A model generated the notes under the pieces. The model was not told where the DNA came from, did no database searches, and saw only the letters and a program-made list of their open reading frames with translations. From Candidatus Limnocylindrales bacterium (lineage in GTDB: Bacteria; Chloroflexota; Limnocylindria; Limnocylindrales; CSP1-4), in assembly GCA_050008515.1 (NCBI GenBank), contig JBEKMM010000005.1:70888-134887 (forward strand): a DNA stretch of 64,000 bases. The letters run 5' to 3'. How positions within the stretch are numbered: position 1 is the first letter of the stretch; the number at the start of each line of letters is the position of its first letter. Below are positions 48,777-58,157 of this stretch, piece after piece. A program made the translations under genes and the position numbers.

Positions 48777-50072
48777 TCAGGCCGCTTTGACCAGGCCGGG
48801 ATTCTCGGCCTCCGGTTCCGCCGGCATCTCACGCAACGAGCGAACCGGCGAGAAGAGCACCCACAGCGACGAGGCGAACGATCCCAGCGCCGCGATGACC
48901 AACGCCACGCGGACCGGCAGCAGGGTCGCCATCACGCCGCCCATCAGCGACCCGATCGGGATCGTGCCCCAGACGATGAAGCGCATCGTGGCGTTCATGC
49001 GGCTCTGCATCGCCAGCGGGGTGATCGATTGGCGAAGGCTGATCTGGGCCACGTTGTAGATCACCTGCGTGAAGCCGACCACGAACCAGCCGCCGAAGAG
49101 CGTGATCGCCGCCCACCCGAGCGAGGCCGGCGTGAGCGTCATCAGCAGGAACGCCGGCGAGCTCAGCGCCGCCGAGACCACGATCGTGGGTCCGATCCCG
49201 ATGCTGCGCGGCAGGCGACTCGACATCGCCGCCCCCGCCAGGAACCCGAAGCTGGCCAGGCCCATGACCGTGCCGTAGAAGGCCGTCGGGAGATCGAGCT
49301 CCCGCCAGATCAGGACCGGGAAGATGCCGAAGAGGGCCGCCCCGAACAGGTTCGAGGTCCCGGTGCAGCCGGCGATCGGGCGGAGGTAGCGATCGCCCAC
49401 TACGTACCGCAGCCCGATGGCGATCTCCGACCGCAGCGACGTCGGCCGGCCGTTCTCGTCGAGGGCCCGCTCTGGCTTGGGTTCGCGCTTCTTGATGGCG
49501 CTGATCAGGCCGCCCGAGATGAAGAAGCTCAGGGCGTCGACGACGATGGCTATCGGCGCTGCCACGACCGCGATCATGTTGCCTGCCAGCGTCGGCCCGC
49601 CGATCTGCGCCGCCGAATAGCTGATCTGCAGGCGGGCGTTGCCCTCGACGAGGTCCGCGCGTTCGAGCAGGTCGGGCAGGAAGGACTGGTCGGCGATGTC
49701 GAAGAGGGCGGTGAAGGTACCCGTGATGAAAGCGACGACGAACAGCTGCGTCAGGGTCAGCGCACCGGCCACGTAGGCGACGGGGATGCTCATCAGCGCC
49801 ACGCCCCGACCGATATCCGCCGCGACCAGGATCGGCCGCCTGCGGACGCGATCGAGCCACGCTCCCGCCGGAAGCGTGAACAGCAGGAACGGGAGCATCT
49901 CGATGGCGGCGAGCAGCGAGACCTGGAAGACCGTTGCGCTCAGCATCTTCAGCGCGATGTACGGCAGGGCGATGAGCGTGACCTGGCTGCCGAGGACGCT
50001 GACGGTGGCGGCCGTCCAGAGCTTGCGGAAGTCGCCGTGGCGCCAGAGTGAAGGTCGAGCTACGCCTAACAT
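48777..50072 (-). CDS. MFS transporter
   Basis: 431 aa, 12 TM. Confidence 0.7.
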   Translation of the reverse strand: MLGVARPSLWRHGDFRKLWTAATVSVLGSQVTLIALPYIALKMLSATVFQVSLLAAIEMLPFLLFTLPAGAWLDRVRRRPILVAADIGRGVALMSIPVAYVAGALTLTQLFVVAFITGTFTALFDIADQSFLPDLLERADLVEGNARLQISYSAAQIGGPTLAGNMIAVVAAPIAIVVDALSFFISGGLISAIKKREPKPERALDENGRPTSLRSEIAIGLRYVVGDRYLRPIAGCTGTSNLFGAALFGIFPVLIWRELDLPTAFYGTVMGLASFGFLAGAAMSSRLPRSIGIGPTIVVSAALSSPAFLLMTLTPASLGWAAITLFGGWFVVGFTQVIYNVAQISLRQSITPLAMQSRMNATMRFIVWGTIPIGSLMGGVMATLLPVRVALVIAALGSFASSLWVLFSPVRSLREMPAEPEAENPGLVKAA

Positions 50073-50203
50073 GCCACTTCCATATCTCGCGGCATGGTAG
50101 CCAGCGCTTCCTTGCCCGGCATTAGGCGACCCGTCTCATTCCAGCTGTGCCACGATAGGCATCGGCTACACGGGTGGGCGGTTACTGTTGGATCGGAGGC
50201 AGA

Positions 50204-51166
50204 GTGACCAAGCTCGTCGAATCCGTTCCCAACTTCAGCGAAGGCCGGCGACTCGAGGTCGTCGACAAGCTGTGCGCGGCGGTCGAAAGCGTGCCCGGCG
50301 CCTGCCTGCTCGACCGCACCAGCGACGTCAGCCACAACCGCAGCGTCCTGACGATCGCCGGGGAGGCCGCTCCGATCCTCGAGGCGCTCGAGCGCGCCTT
50401 TGCCGTCGCCGTCGCCGAGATCGACATGGAGGCGCACGCCGGCGAGCACCCTCGCATCGGGGCCGTGGACGTGGTTCCGTTCGTCCCCCTGGGCGACACG
50501 AAGATGTCCGATTGCGTGGAGCTGGCGCGGGCCTTCGGGTCGCGGGTCGCCGGCCGCTTCTCGGTGCCGGTCTACCTCTACGGCGAGGCGGCCACGGCTC
50601 CGACTCGGGTGCGTCTGGCGGACGTGCGGCGCGGCCAGTACGAGGGGCTCAAGAGCCAGATCGGCGAGCTCGGCCGCGAGCCGGACTTCGGGCCCGCGAA
50701 GATGCACCCGAGCGCCGGGGCGGTGGCGGTTGGGGCGCGGCCGTTCCTGATCGCCTACAACATCAACCTCGCCAGCGAGGATCTGGAGCTGGCGAAGCGG
50801 ATCGCGCGCCGGATTCGCGAATCGAGCGGCGGCCTGCCGCGGGTCCAGGCGAACGGCTTCTGGATCGAGGAGATCCGGCGGGCCCAGGTGTCGATGAATC
50901 TGCTCGACTTCCGGACGACGCCGATATGGCTCGTCTGGGAGGCGGTTCGGGCGGAAGCTGCCGAAGATGCCGTCGACCCGGCCGAGTCCGAGCTTATCGG
51001 CCTGGCGCCTCTGGCCTCGCTCCTGGACGTGGCCGACCACGCCGGCATTCCGCAGAGCCGATCCACGGCCGAACGGCTGGCCGGCGCGGCCGACTTCCTG
51101 AAGCTTCGCGACTTCTCGCCGATGCAGGCCCTCGAGCTGCGCCTCGACGCGGTTCGCGGGCTGTGA
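50204..51166 (+). CDS. ftcD: Glutamate formimidoyltransferase (FTCD N-terminal transferase domain only)
   Basis: GTG 50204 with GGAGG RBS. KLVESVPNFSEGRR... No cyclodeaminase domain is attached. Confidence 0.8.
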   Translation: MTKLVESVPNFSEGRRLEVVDKLCAAVESVPGACLLDRTSDVSHNRSVLTIAGEAAPILEALERAFAVAVAEIDMEAHAGEHPRIGAVDVVPFVPLGDTKMSDCVELARAFGSRVAGRFSVPVYLYGEAATAPTRVRLADVRRGQYEGLKSQIGELGREPDFGPAKMHPSAGAVAVGARPFLIAYNINLASEDLELAKRIARRIRESSGGLPRVQANGFWIEEIRRAQVSMNLLDFRTTPIWLVWEAVRAEAAEDAVDPAESELIGLAPLASLLDVADHAGIPQSRSTAERLAGAADFLKLRDFSPMQALELRLDAVRGL

Positions 51167-51194
51167 GCCGGCAGGGCGCGGGCGGAGCGAGGCG

Positions 51195-52703
51195 GTGACC
51201 GGCCTGCTGGTCGAAGGGGCGAGCGGGATCGCCACGCTGGCCGGGGGCCTGCGGCGCGGTGGCGGCCAGGGGGAGGCGGGCGTGGTCTCGGGCGGAGCGC
51301 TCGCCGTCGCGTGCTGGGAAGGACGCATCCTGGCCGTGGGCGCGGCCGACGAGGTCAACCGCCAGATCGCGGCTGTGGGGCTCCCCATCAACGCGTTTCG
51401 CCGTCTCGACGCCCGTGGCGGGCTGATCACGCCGGGCCTCGTAGACGCCCACACGCATCTGCTATTCGCCGGTACGCGCGAGGGCGAGTGGCAGCTCCGC
51501 GCCGGCGGCGCCGGCTATCTCGAGGTCCTGGCGGCGGGCGGCGGGATCCTCTCCACGGTGGCCGCGACTCGCGCCGCCTCGGACGAGGAGCTGCTGGCCG
51601 GCGGGCGGACTCGCCTGGCCCAGATGCTCGCCAACGGAACGACGACGGCGGAGGCCAAGTCCGGGTATGCGCTGGACGTGACCGGCGAGCTGCGGCTGCT
51701 CGAGCTGACGGCCCGCCTGGGTCGTGATGGGCCCGTCGAGCTGGTGCCCACGTTCCTGGGCGCCCACGCCGTCCCCGCCGAGTTCCGCGGCGCGGAGGGC
51801 GCGCCGTCGGCCAAGGCGGCCAAGGGCGGCGCACCCGCAGCCAAGCGCGGCGCGCCGGCCGCCGGCCCAAACGGAACAGATGCCTATGTCGCCTCAGTCA
51901 TCGACGAGCAGCTGCCGGCGGTGGCCCGCCAGGGGATCGCCCGCTTCTGCGACGTCTTCTGCGAGCGGGGCGTCTTCTCCGCCGACCAGAGCCGCCGCAT
52001 CCTGCGCGCCGCCGCCGGCCACGGCCTGGGGCTCCGCCTCCACGCCGACGAGCTGGCGCCATCGGGCGGCGCCGAGCTGGCCGCCGAGCTGGGCGCCGAG
52101 CTGGCCACCGCGCCGGCCGCGGCCGCGAACCCGGCCGGCCCCGCCCCAGACGCGGGCGCCGCGACCCGCGCGGCCGCCGTCGACCCGACCACGTGGCGCG
52201 GCACTCCCGCCGCCGCCAACCCCGCGGGGCGCGGCTGCCTGTCTGTCGATCACCTCGCGGCGCCGTCGGAGGAGGGGATCGCGGCGCTGGCGCGCGCCGC
52301 CGCAGCGGGCACTCCCGTGGTCGCGACGCTGCTACCCGCCACGAGCTGGTTCCTGGGCAAGCACCACTTCGCCCCGGCCCGCCGTTTCATTGACGCGGGG
52401 ATTCCCGTGGCCCTCGCCTCGGACCTGAACCCGGGCACGAGCCCCACGCTGAGCCTGCCGCTGGTGATGTCGATCGCCTGCGTGGAGATGGGCCTGACGC
52501 CGGCCGAGGCGCTCGTGGCGGTGACGATCAACGCGGCCCATTCGCTCGGCCTGGACGGCGCGATCGGCTCGATCGAGCCCGGCAAGCAGGCCGACCTCGT
52601 CGTCTGGGACGTGCGCACTGTCGAGCAGATCCCTTACTGGCTCGGCGCCCGTCTCGCCCGCATCGTCGTCAAGCGCGGCCAGCCGGTGTTCGAGCGGGCC
52701 TGA
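51195..52703 (+). CDS. hutI: Imidazolonepropionase
   Basis: GLVDAHTHLLFAG, ...HADE..., and DLNPG. It carries two Ala/Pro-rich low-complexity inserts, so it is about 90 aa longer than usual. Confidence 0.85.
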   Translation: MTGLLVEGASGIATLAGGLRRGGGQGEAGVVSGGALAVACWEGRILAVGAADEVNRQIAAVGLPINAFRRLDARGGLITPGLVDAHTHLLFAGTREGEWQLRAGGAGYLEVLAAGGGILSTVAATRAASDEELLAGGRTRLAQMLANGTTTAEAKSGYALDVTGELRLLELTARLGRDGPVELVPTFLGAHAVPAEFRGAEGAPSAKAAKGGAPAAKRGAPAAGPNGTDAYVASVIDEQLPAVARQGIARFCDVFCERGVFSADQSRRILRAAAGHGLGLRLHADELAPSGGAELAAELGAELATAPAAAANPAGPAPDAGAATRAAAVDPTTWRGTPAAANPAGRGCLSVDHLAAPSEEGIAALARAAAAGTPVVATLLPATSWFLGKHHFAPARRFIDAGIPVALASDLNPGTSPTLSLPLVMSIACVEMGLTPAEALVAVTINAAHSLGLDGAIGSIEPGKQADLVVWDVRTVEQIPYWLGARLARIVVKRGQPVFERA

Positions 52704-52747
52704 CCGAGCCGGCCCGCCCGCTCTGGGGTCGGCTTCGCTGCCTGCCG

Positions 52748-53422
52748 TCAGACCTTGCCGCGCTGCTCCAGCAGGACCGTCGTCACTTCCGCGGGCAGCG
52801 ACGAGGGCATGAGCGCCAGCTTCGATTGGGGCGCCGGCGCCGTCGAGACGCCCATCTCGTGCAGGAACTTGGCCAGGGCCTCGTCCGAGTCGGCGTCCTC
52901 GCAGACCAGCATCGGGACGACGACCTTCGCGTCCAGCTGGGCCACCAGCTCGGCGGCCTTCGTGGCGGACAACGTGCCGCCGACGGGGATGCAGGCCACG
53001 TCCACCGGCCCGATGTCGGTCAGCTTGTCCTCGGTGAGGAGGTGGCCGATGTCGCCCAGGTGGATGACGTGGACGCCGTCCAGCTCCACGATGAAGGCGA
53101 TGTTGCGGCCCCGCTCGCTGCCCTTGTGCTCGTCACGGAACGTCTTGACGCCGGTGATCAGGACGTCCTTGATCTCGTACTCGCCGGGCCCGTCGAGGCA
53201 GAACGAATCTTCGAGGCTGCCCGGCAGCAGCGTCGAGCCGTCCCGGGAGACTCGGCCCTTCGCCTTGGGATGAGGGGCGTCGTCCGGATGGCTGTAGGTG
53301 ACGATGTCGCCGGTGATGCCGCGGCCGGTCGGCCCGACGATGGCCTGATAGGCGTCGGCGACCACGACCGCGTCTTTGCTGCGCATGCGCACGCACGTGC
53401 GCCCGTACCAGGTGAGTTCCAT
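52748..53422 (-). CDS. MBL-fold metallo-hydrolase (UPF0173-like)
   Basis: MELTWYGRTCVRM..., YSHPDDAPH, and HLGDIGH. Confidence 0.65.
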   Translation of the reverse strand: MELTWYGRTCVRMRSKDAVVVADAYQAIVGPTGRGITGDIVTYSHPDDAPHPKAKGRVSRDGSTLLPGSLEDSFCLDGPGEYEIKDVLITGVKTFRDEHKGSERGRNIAFIVELDGVHVIHLGDIGHLLTEDKLTDIGPVDVACIPVGGTLSATKAAELVAQLDAKVVVPMLVCEDADSDEALAKFLHEMGVSTAPAPQSKLALMPSSLPAEVTTVLLEQRGKV

Positions 53423-53772
53423 GAGCTGATTCTTGCACAAGCCGATCATCGGCCGCTCACCGGGGGCTCACCCCCCGCGCGCCACGCCCGCCCGCTCGCT
53501 CGCCGGCCGCGATGCGCGTCGACCTCCACGCCGGCCTACACAAAAGGAGGACCGGAGGCGCCTGCCCAATCGGCACCTCCGGTCGGAGGGAGGGAGGATG
53601 GAACTTCAGGAGGCTCGTCCAGTGTTCCGCCTCAGAATCTAAACCGGCTCCATGAAAGCGGCATAGATCAGAAGGTTAAGAAACGCACACCGTGGGACGG
53701 GCGCCTGGTGCAGATCCAGGATCGATCCCTGCGGCAACGGGCCCGAGGCGGCTTCGCCTGGCACAATTGCGC

Positions 53773-55093
53773 CATGCACAGCCGACATCTCCGCCTCGAC
53801 CTTTCGCTTCTGCTAGTCGCGGCGGCAATCGCTGCGGCCTGCGGTTCCACCACGATCACACCGGCCCCGACGCTCCAACCCAGCGCCAATCCGACGGCGT
53901 CCGCCTCGCCGACGGGCGTGGCAAGCCCGGCGTCCTCCGTCACGCCCGGCGCCACCCCCAACTCCTCCGCCAATCAGGCCACGTACGCTCAGATCGAATC
54001 GCAGGTGGAGGAGCTGCGCCAGCTGATGCCCAAATCCCCCGTCACGCCGACGTTGCTCGACGAACAGGGGGTTCGCGACTGGATGACCAGGGCGATCGAG
54101 AACGGCGTCGACAAGACGGCGATGGCCGCTCAGAGCCGGCTCTTCGCCCACCTGGGCCTGCTGCCCACGGGCGCTTCGCTCGAACAGCTCGAGCTCGATC
54201 TGAACTCCGGTCAGGCGATCGGCTTCTACGACCCCGACACGAAGCAGCTGTATCTGCTCTCCCAATCGGGCACGATCGGCCCCGAGCAGCAGCTGACCTT
54301 CTCGCATGAGTTCACCCACGCCCTCCAGGACCAGAACTTCGGGCTCGACAAGCTGGCCATCGACACGGTCGATCAGGGCGACCGCGATCTCGCCCGGACC
54401 GCTCTGCCCGAGGGCGACGCCACGCTGTCGATGACGCAGTGGGCCACCGCCCACATGTCGGTCGCGGACCTGCTGTCGGTCAGCCTCTCCGCCGGATCCG
54501 GCGCCCAGAACGACCAGCTCAACAACGCACCGGCGATCCTGCGCGAAGACCTGATGTTCCCCTACCTGGACGGGCTGGACTTCATCCAGGGCGTCTATTC
54601 CCGAGGTGGCTGGGCCGCCGTAGACAAGCTCTACGCCAAACCGCCCAGCTCGACCTCCCAGATCCTTCATCCGGATCTCTATACGAAGGGCATCGAGCCG
54701 GTGGTCGTGGCCCTCCAGGTGGTTCCCGCCCCGGCAGGCACCGGCTGGAGGCTGTCGATGCAGGACACCATGGGCGAGCTGCAGCTGCGGGTCTGGCTCG
54801 AAGGCGAGCACCCGACGGCCGCTCAGAAGAAAGCCGCCGCCGCCGCCGCCTCGATGTGGGCCGGCGACCGGATCGGCCTCTACGAAGGCCCGAGCGGAGC
54901 GTGGGCCGTGGTCCTTCGCACGCAGTGGCGGAGCACGGCGGGACGCACTGCCTTCGCCGCCGCCGCGACCCAGACGCTCGATGGGCTCTCCAGCCCGTCG
55001 GTCGTGTGCGGCGATGCCGTCCACGCGGACATCATCATCGGCTCGGACTGGACCGTCCTGGGAGCCTTCGCGACCTGCAAACCCGGGGAGTAG
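53773..55093 (+). CDS. Lipoprotein with HExxH zinc-metalloprotease-like motif
   Basis: ATG 53773 within ORF 52826..55093. LLLVAAAIAAACGS lipobox, S/T/P linker, and FSHEFTHALQD. Confidence 0.5.
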
Positions 55094-55154
55094 GGGCAGG
55101 CGCGGCGATTCGGCGCGGGCCGCGAGCCTGCGGCGATACCCGCCGCGCGCGTCC

Positions 55155-56864
55155 CTACATCGATTCGGGGGCGGAGATGCCGAGCAGGCCGAGGGCGTTG
55201 GCGAGGGTCGTCTTCGCGGCCGCGACCAGGGCGAGGCGCGCCGCCGATCGCTCGGGTTCGTCGGGGTCCACGACGCGGGCGTCGCGGTAGAAGGCGTGGA
55301 ACGTGGTCGCCAGCTCCGTGGCGTAGGCCGTGATGCCGTGCGTCTCCTCGCTCGCGGCCGCATCCTCCACGACCTCGGGCAGGCGCACGATCTGGCGGGT
55401 CAGCAGCGCCTCGGGCGCGCCCGGGAGGATCCCGGCCAGCAGAGCGGCGAGGCCTCCATGACCGGCTGCCGGCGGCTGCATGCCGGCCTCCTCGGCCTTG
55501 CGCAGGATCGACGCGATTCGAGCGTGGGCGTACTGGACGTAGTAGACCGGGTTCTCGTTCGACTGCTTCTTGGCCAGCTCGATGTCGAAGTCGATCCCGC
55601 TCGAGGCGGCGCGTGAGGCGAAGAACCAGCGGGCGGCGTCGACGCCGATCTCGCCCAGCAGCTCGTCGAGGGTGATGAACTCGCCGGTGCGCTTCGACAT
55701 CGGGACCTCCTTACCGTCCCGAACGAAGCGGACCCAGGCCGTGAGGATCATCTGGACGTGGTCGCGGTCGAAGCCGAGCGACTGAGCCGCGGCCTTGACC
55801 CGGGCCACGTAGCCGTGATGGTCCTCGCCCCAGATGAAGACAATGCGCTGGTAGCCGCGGCTGAACTTCTCGACGATGTAGCCGATGTCGGCCGCGAAGT
55901 AGGTCGGGGCGGCGTCGTCGGTGGAGCGCAGGATGACCCGATCCTTGTCGTCGCCGTACTTCGTCGACCGGAAGACGATCGCTCCGTCCTCCTCGTAGAC
56001 GTCTCCGGCAGCCCGCAGCCGATCGATCGCCTTCGCGACCCAGCCGTCGTTGTGGAGCGTGCTCTCCGATCGCCAGACGTCGAAATGGCAGCCGAGGTGC
56101 TCGAGGCTGGCTTCGATGCCGGCTCGAACCTGCTCGGAGGCCCATCGACCGGCCGCCCAGCTGGGATCCTCGTCCGACTTCTCGGCCTCGGCCAGGACCT
56201 CGGCCGGCAGCTCCCTCGCCAGGTCGTAGACGTAGTCGCCGTGGTAGCCGTCCTCCGGCAGCTCGCAGCCTTCGCGGATCGCCATCACGGACGCGCCGAG
56301 GTTCTTGACCTGGCTGCCGAAGTCGTTGAAGTAATACTCGCGCTCCACCCTGTGCCCGGCGGCGGTCAGCACGCGGCACAGCAGGTCCCCGGTGAAGGCG
56401 CCGCGGGCGTTGCCGATGTGGAGGGGCCCGGTCGGATTGGCCGAGACGAACTCGACGTTGATGTGCTCCGGATGGGCCGCCGCGACGTGGCCCCAGGTCG
56501 CGGGGTTGGCGAGGATGTGCTGCGCCGTGGCGGCAAGGGCGTGGTCGGCGAGACGGATATTGAGGAAACCGGGCGGCGCCACCTCCACCGAGGCGATCGG
56601 CGAGGCCGGGTCCGCGGCCGTCGTGGCGACGTGCGCGGCGATAGCCTGGGCGATCTGGAGTGGCGCGCGCCGGTACGGCTTGGCCAGCCGCAGGGCGATG
56701 GTGCTGGCGAAGTCGCCGAAGCTCGGGTCCGCCGGGCGCTCGATCGTGACGGGCGCGTCGTGCGGCTCGGTGGGTTCGGGCAGGTCGGCCTGGGCGCGCT
56801 CCCACGCGGCCTCGATGGCCTCGCGTACTTGTGATCGCAGGTTGGCGGTTGGGTCGGGGCTCAT
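55155..56864 (-). CDS. argS: Arginine--tRNA ligase
   Basis: Class I HIGH motif (PTGPLHIGNARG) and KMSKR-like SKR. Confidence 0.9.
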   Translation of the reverse strand: MSPDPTANLRSQVREAIEAAWERAQADLPEPTEPHDAPVTIERPADPSFGDFASTIALRLAKPYRRAPLQIAQAIAAHVATTAADPASPIASVEVAPPGFLNIRLADHALAATAQHILANPATWGHVAAAHPEHINVEFVSANPTGPLHIGNARGAFTGDLLCRVLTAAGHRVEREYYFNDFGSQVKNLGASVMAIREGCELPEDGYHGDYVYDLARELPAEVLAEAEKSDEDPSWAAGRWASEQVRAGIEASLEHLGCHFDVWRSESTLHNDGWVAKAIDRLRAAGDVYEEDGAIVFRSTKYGDDKDRVILRSTDDAAPTYFAADIGYIVEKFSRGYQRIVFIWGEDHHGYVARVKAAAQSLGFDRDHVQMILTAWVRFVRDGKEVPMSKRTGEFITLDELLGEIGVDAARWFFASRAASSGIDFDIELAKKQSNENPVYYVQYAHARIASILRKAEEAGMQPPAAGHGGLAALLAGILPGAPEALLTRQIVRLPEVVEDAAASEETHGITAYATELATTFHAFYRDARVVDPDEPERSAARLALVAAAKTTLANALGLLGISAPESM

Positions 56865-56945
56865 GAGCGAATGGTAGCGAGACGCAAGCAGTCACGTGAT
56901 CGGAGGCTGAGAGGCGTTTCAATCGGTTGCTGTGCCGGATCTGCC

Positions 56946-57782
56946 ATGCTGCGCCTCAGTCCGAAGCCCCATCGACTACCAACTCAGAGGCCAATCTTGT
57001 ACGCCCACCACGCCGAGACCATTCAGAGAGTGGTCGAGCACTTCCAGAGCGATGGCGAAGTGGAGGCGTTGCTGCTGGGCGGCTCGGTGGCGCACGGTTT
57101 CGAGCGCCCCGAGTCCGACATCGACCTGCTGATCATCGTCTCCGATGAACGCCACGCCCAGCGAAGCCTCCTTGGCCAGCTTGCCTTCTACAGCTCCGAG
57201 CTGTGCACCTACCCGGAGGGGTACGTGGACGGCAAGTACCTGAGCCCGGGCCTCTTGCAGCTGCTCGCCGAGAAGGGCAGCGAACCCGCGCGCTTCGCGT
57301 TCCAGGATGCGGGCGTCCTGTTCTCGCGGCTGGATGGTCTCGACGCAACCCTGACGAGGATCACGCGATATCCCCTGGAGGCCAAAGCGGAGCGCATGGT
57401 GCGCTTTGCCGCGCAGCTGGAAGCGTGGAACTGGTATGCGTCTGAGGCGCTCAAGCTCGACAATCCGTACTTGCTCGGCGTTTCCGTCGACAAGCTCGTG
57501 CTGTTCGGTGGGCGGCTGATACTCGCCCACAACGAGCTGCTCCACCCGTACCACAAGTGGTTCCCGCGGGTCCTCGAGAACGCTCCGGACAAGCCGGCGG
57601 ACCTCATGACCGCCATCGGCGATCTCCTCGCCGGCCCCTCCGGCGAGAACATCGGACGGTTCTACGAGATGGTCAAAGGTTTTCGGGAATGGGGCTCCCT
57701 GGACGTGAGCTGGCCCGTTCAGTTCATGGCGGACAGCGAGCTGAACTGGGTCAACGGCCCGACGCCCATCGACGACCTGTAG
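56946..57782 (+). CDS. Nucleotidyltransferase-domain protein (Pol-beta superfamily, aminoglycoside-NTase-like)
   Basis: LLLGGSVAHGFERPESDIDLLIIV. Start uncertain. Confidence 0.55.
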   Translation: MLRLSPKPHRLPTQRPILYAHHAETIQRVVEHFQSDGEVEALLLGGSVAHGFERPESDIDLLIIVSDERHAQRSLLGQLAFYSSELCTYPEGYVDGKYLSPGLLQLLAEKGSEPARFAFQDAGVLFSRLDGLDATLTRITRYPLEAKAERMVRFAAQLEAWNWYASEALKLDNPYLLGVSVDKLVLFGGRLILAHNELLHPYHKWFPRVLENAPDKPADLMTAIGDLLAGPSGENIGRFYEMVKGFREWGSLDVSWPVQFMADSELNWVNGPTPIDDL

Positions 57783-58019
57783 CGCGGCCCATCGCGGCAA
57801 CTGCGAAGGCCGCGCCCAGGCGCAGGTATCGCTCAACGTCACCGTGGGTGGCACAAAGCAATGTATGAGGTCGCGAGATGGGTTCGCGGCACCCGGCCGA
57901 GGCGTCGGGGCGTCGGTTTCACGCTCGGCGGCGGTCGTTCGGTGGCCGCCGCTTGGCTGCGCCGGGGCGGTCGCTCGGACAATGTCACTCGGGGTGACGT
58001 TGAGTGGAAACGGCGGCGC

Positions 58020-58140
58020 TGCCCGCACGCGCCGCCCGCACACGCCGCCCGCCGGCCCCCGCCGCGCGCCGGCCGCCCGACCCCCGCCGCCCGGCCCCCG
58101 CCCGGCCCCCGCCGCGCGCCGCCCGCCCGGCCCCCGCCGC
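58020..58140. repeat. GC-rich low-complexity CCGCC/GCGCGCCG repeat tract between convergent genes
   Basis: Direct reading: GCCCGCCGCGCGCCG-like units repeated at least 5 times. Confidence 0.6.
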
Positions 58141-58157
58141 CCTCTTCTGCGAGTGTC

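Noticed and set aside
53690-53745. tRNA-like T-arm (CAGGATCGATCCCTG)
   Set aside because: It is a palindrome only. No acceptor stem, anticodon arm or D-arm could be built around it.
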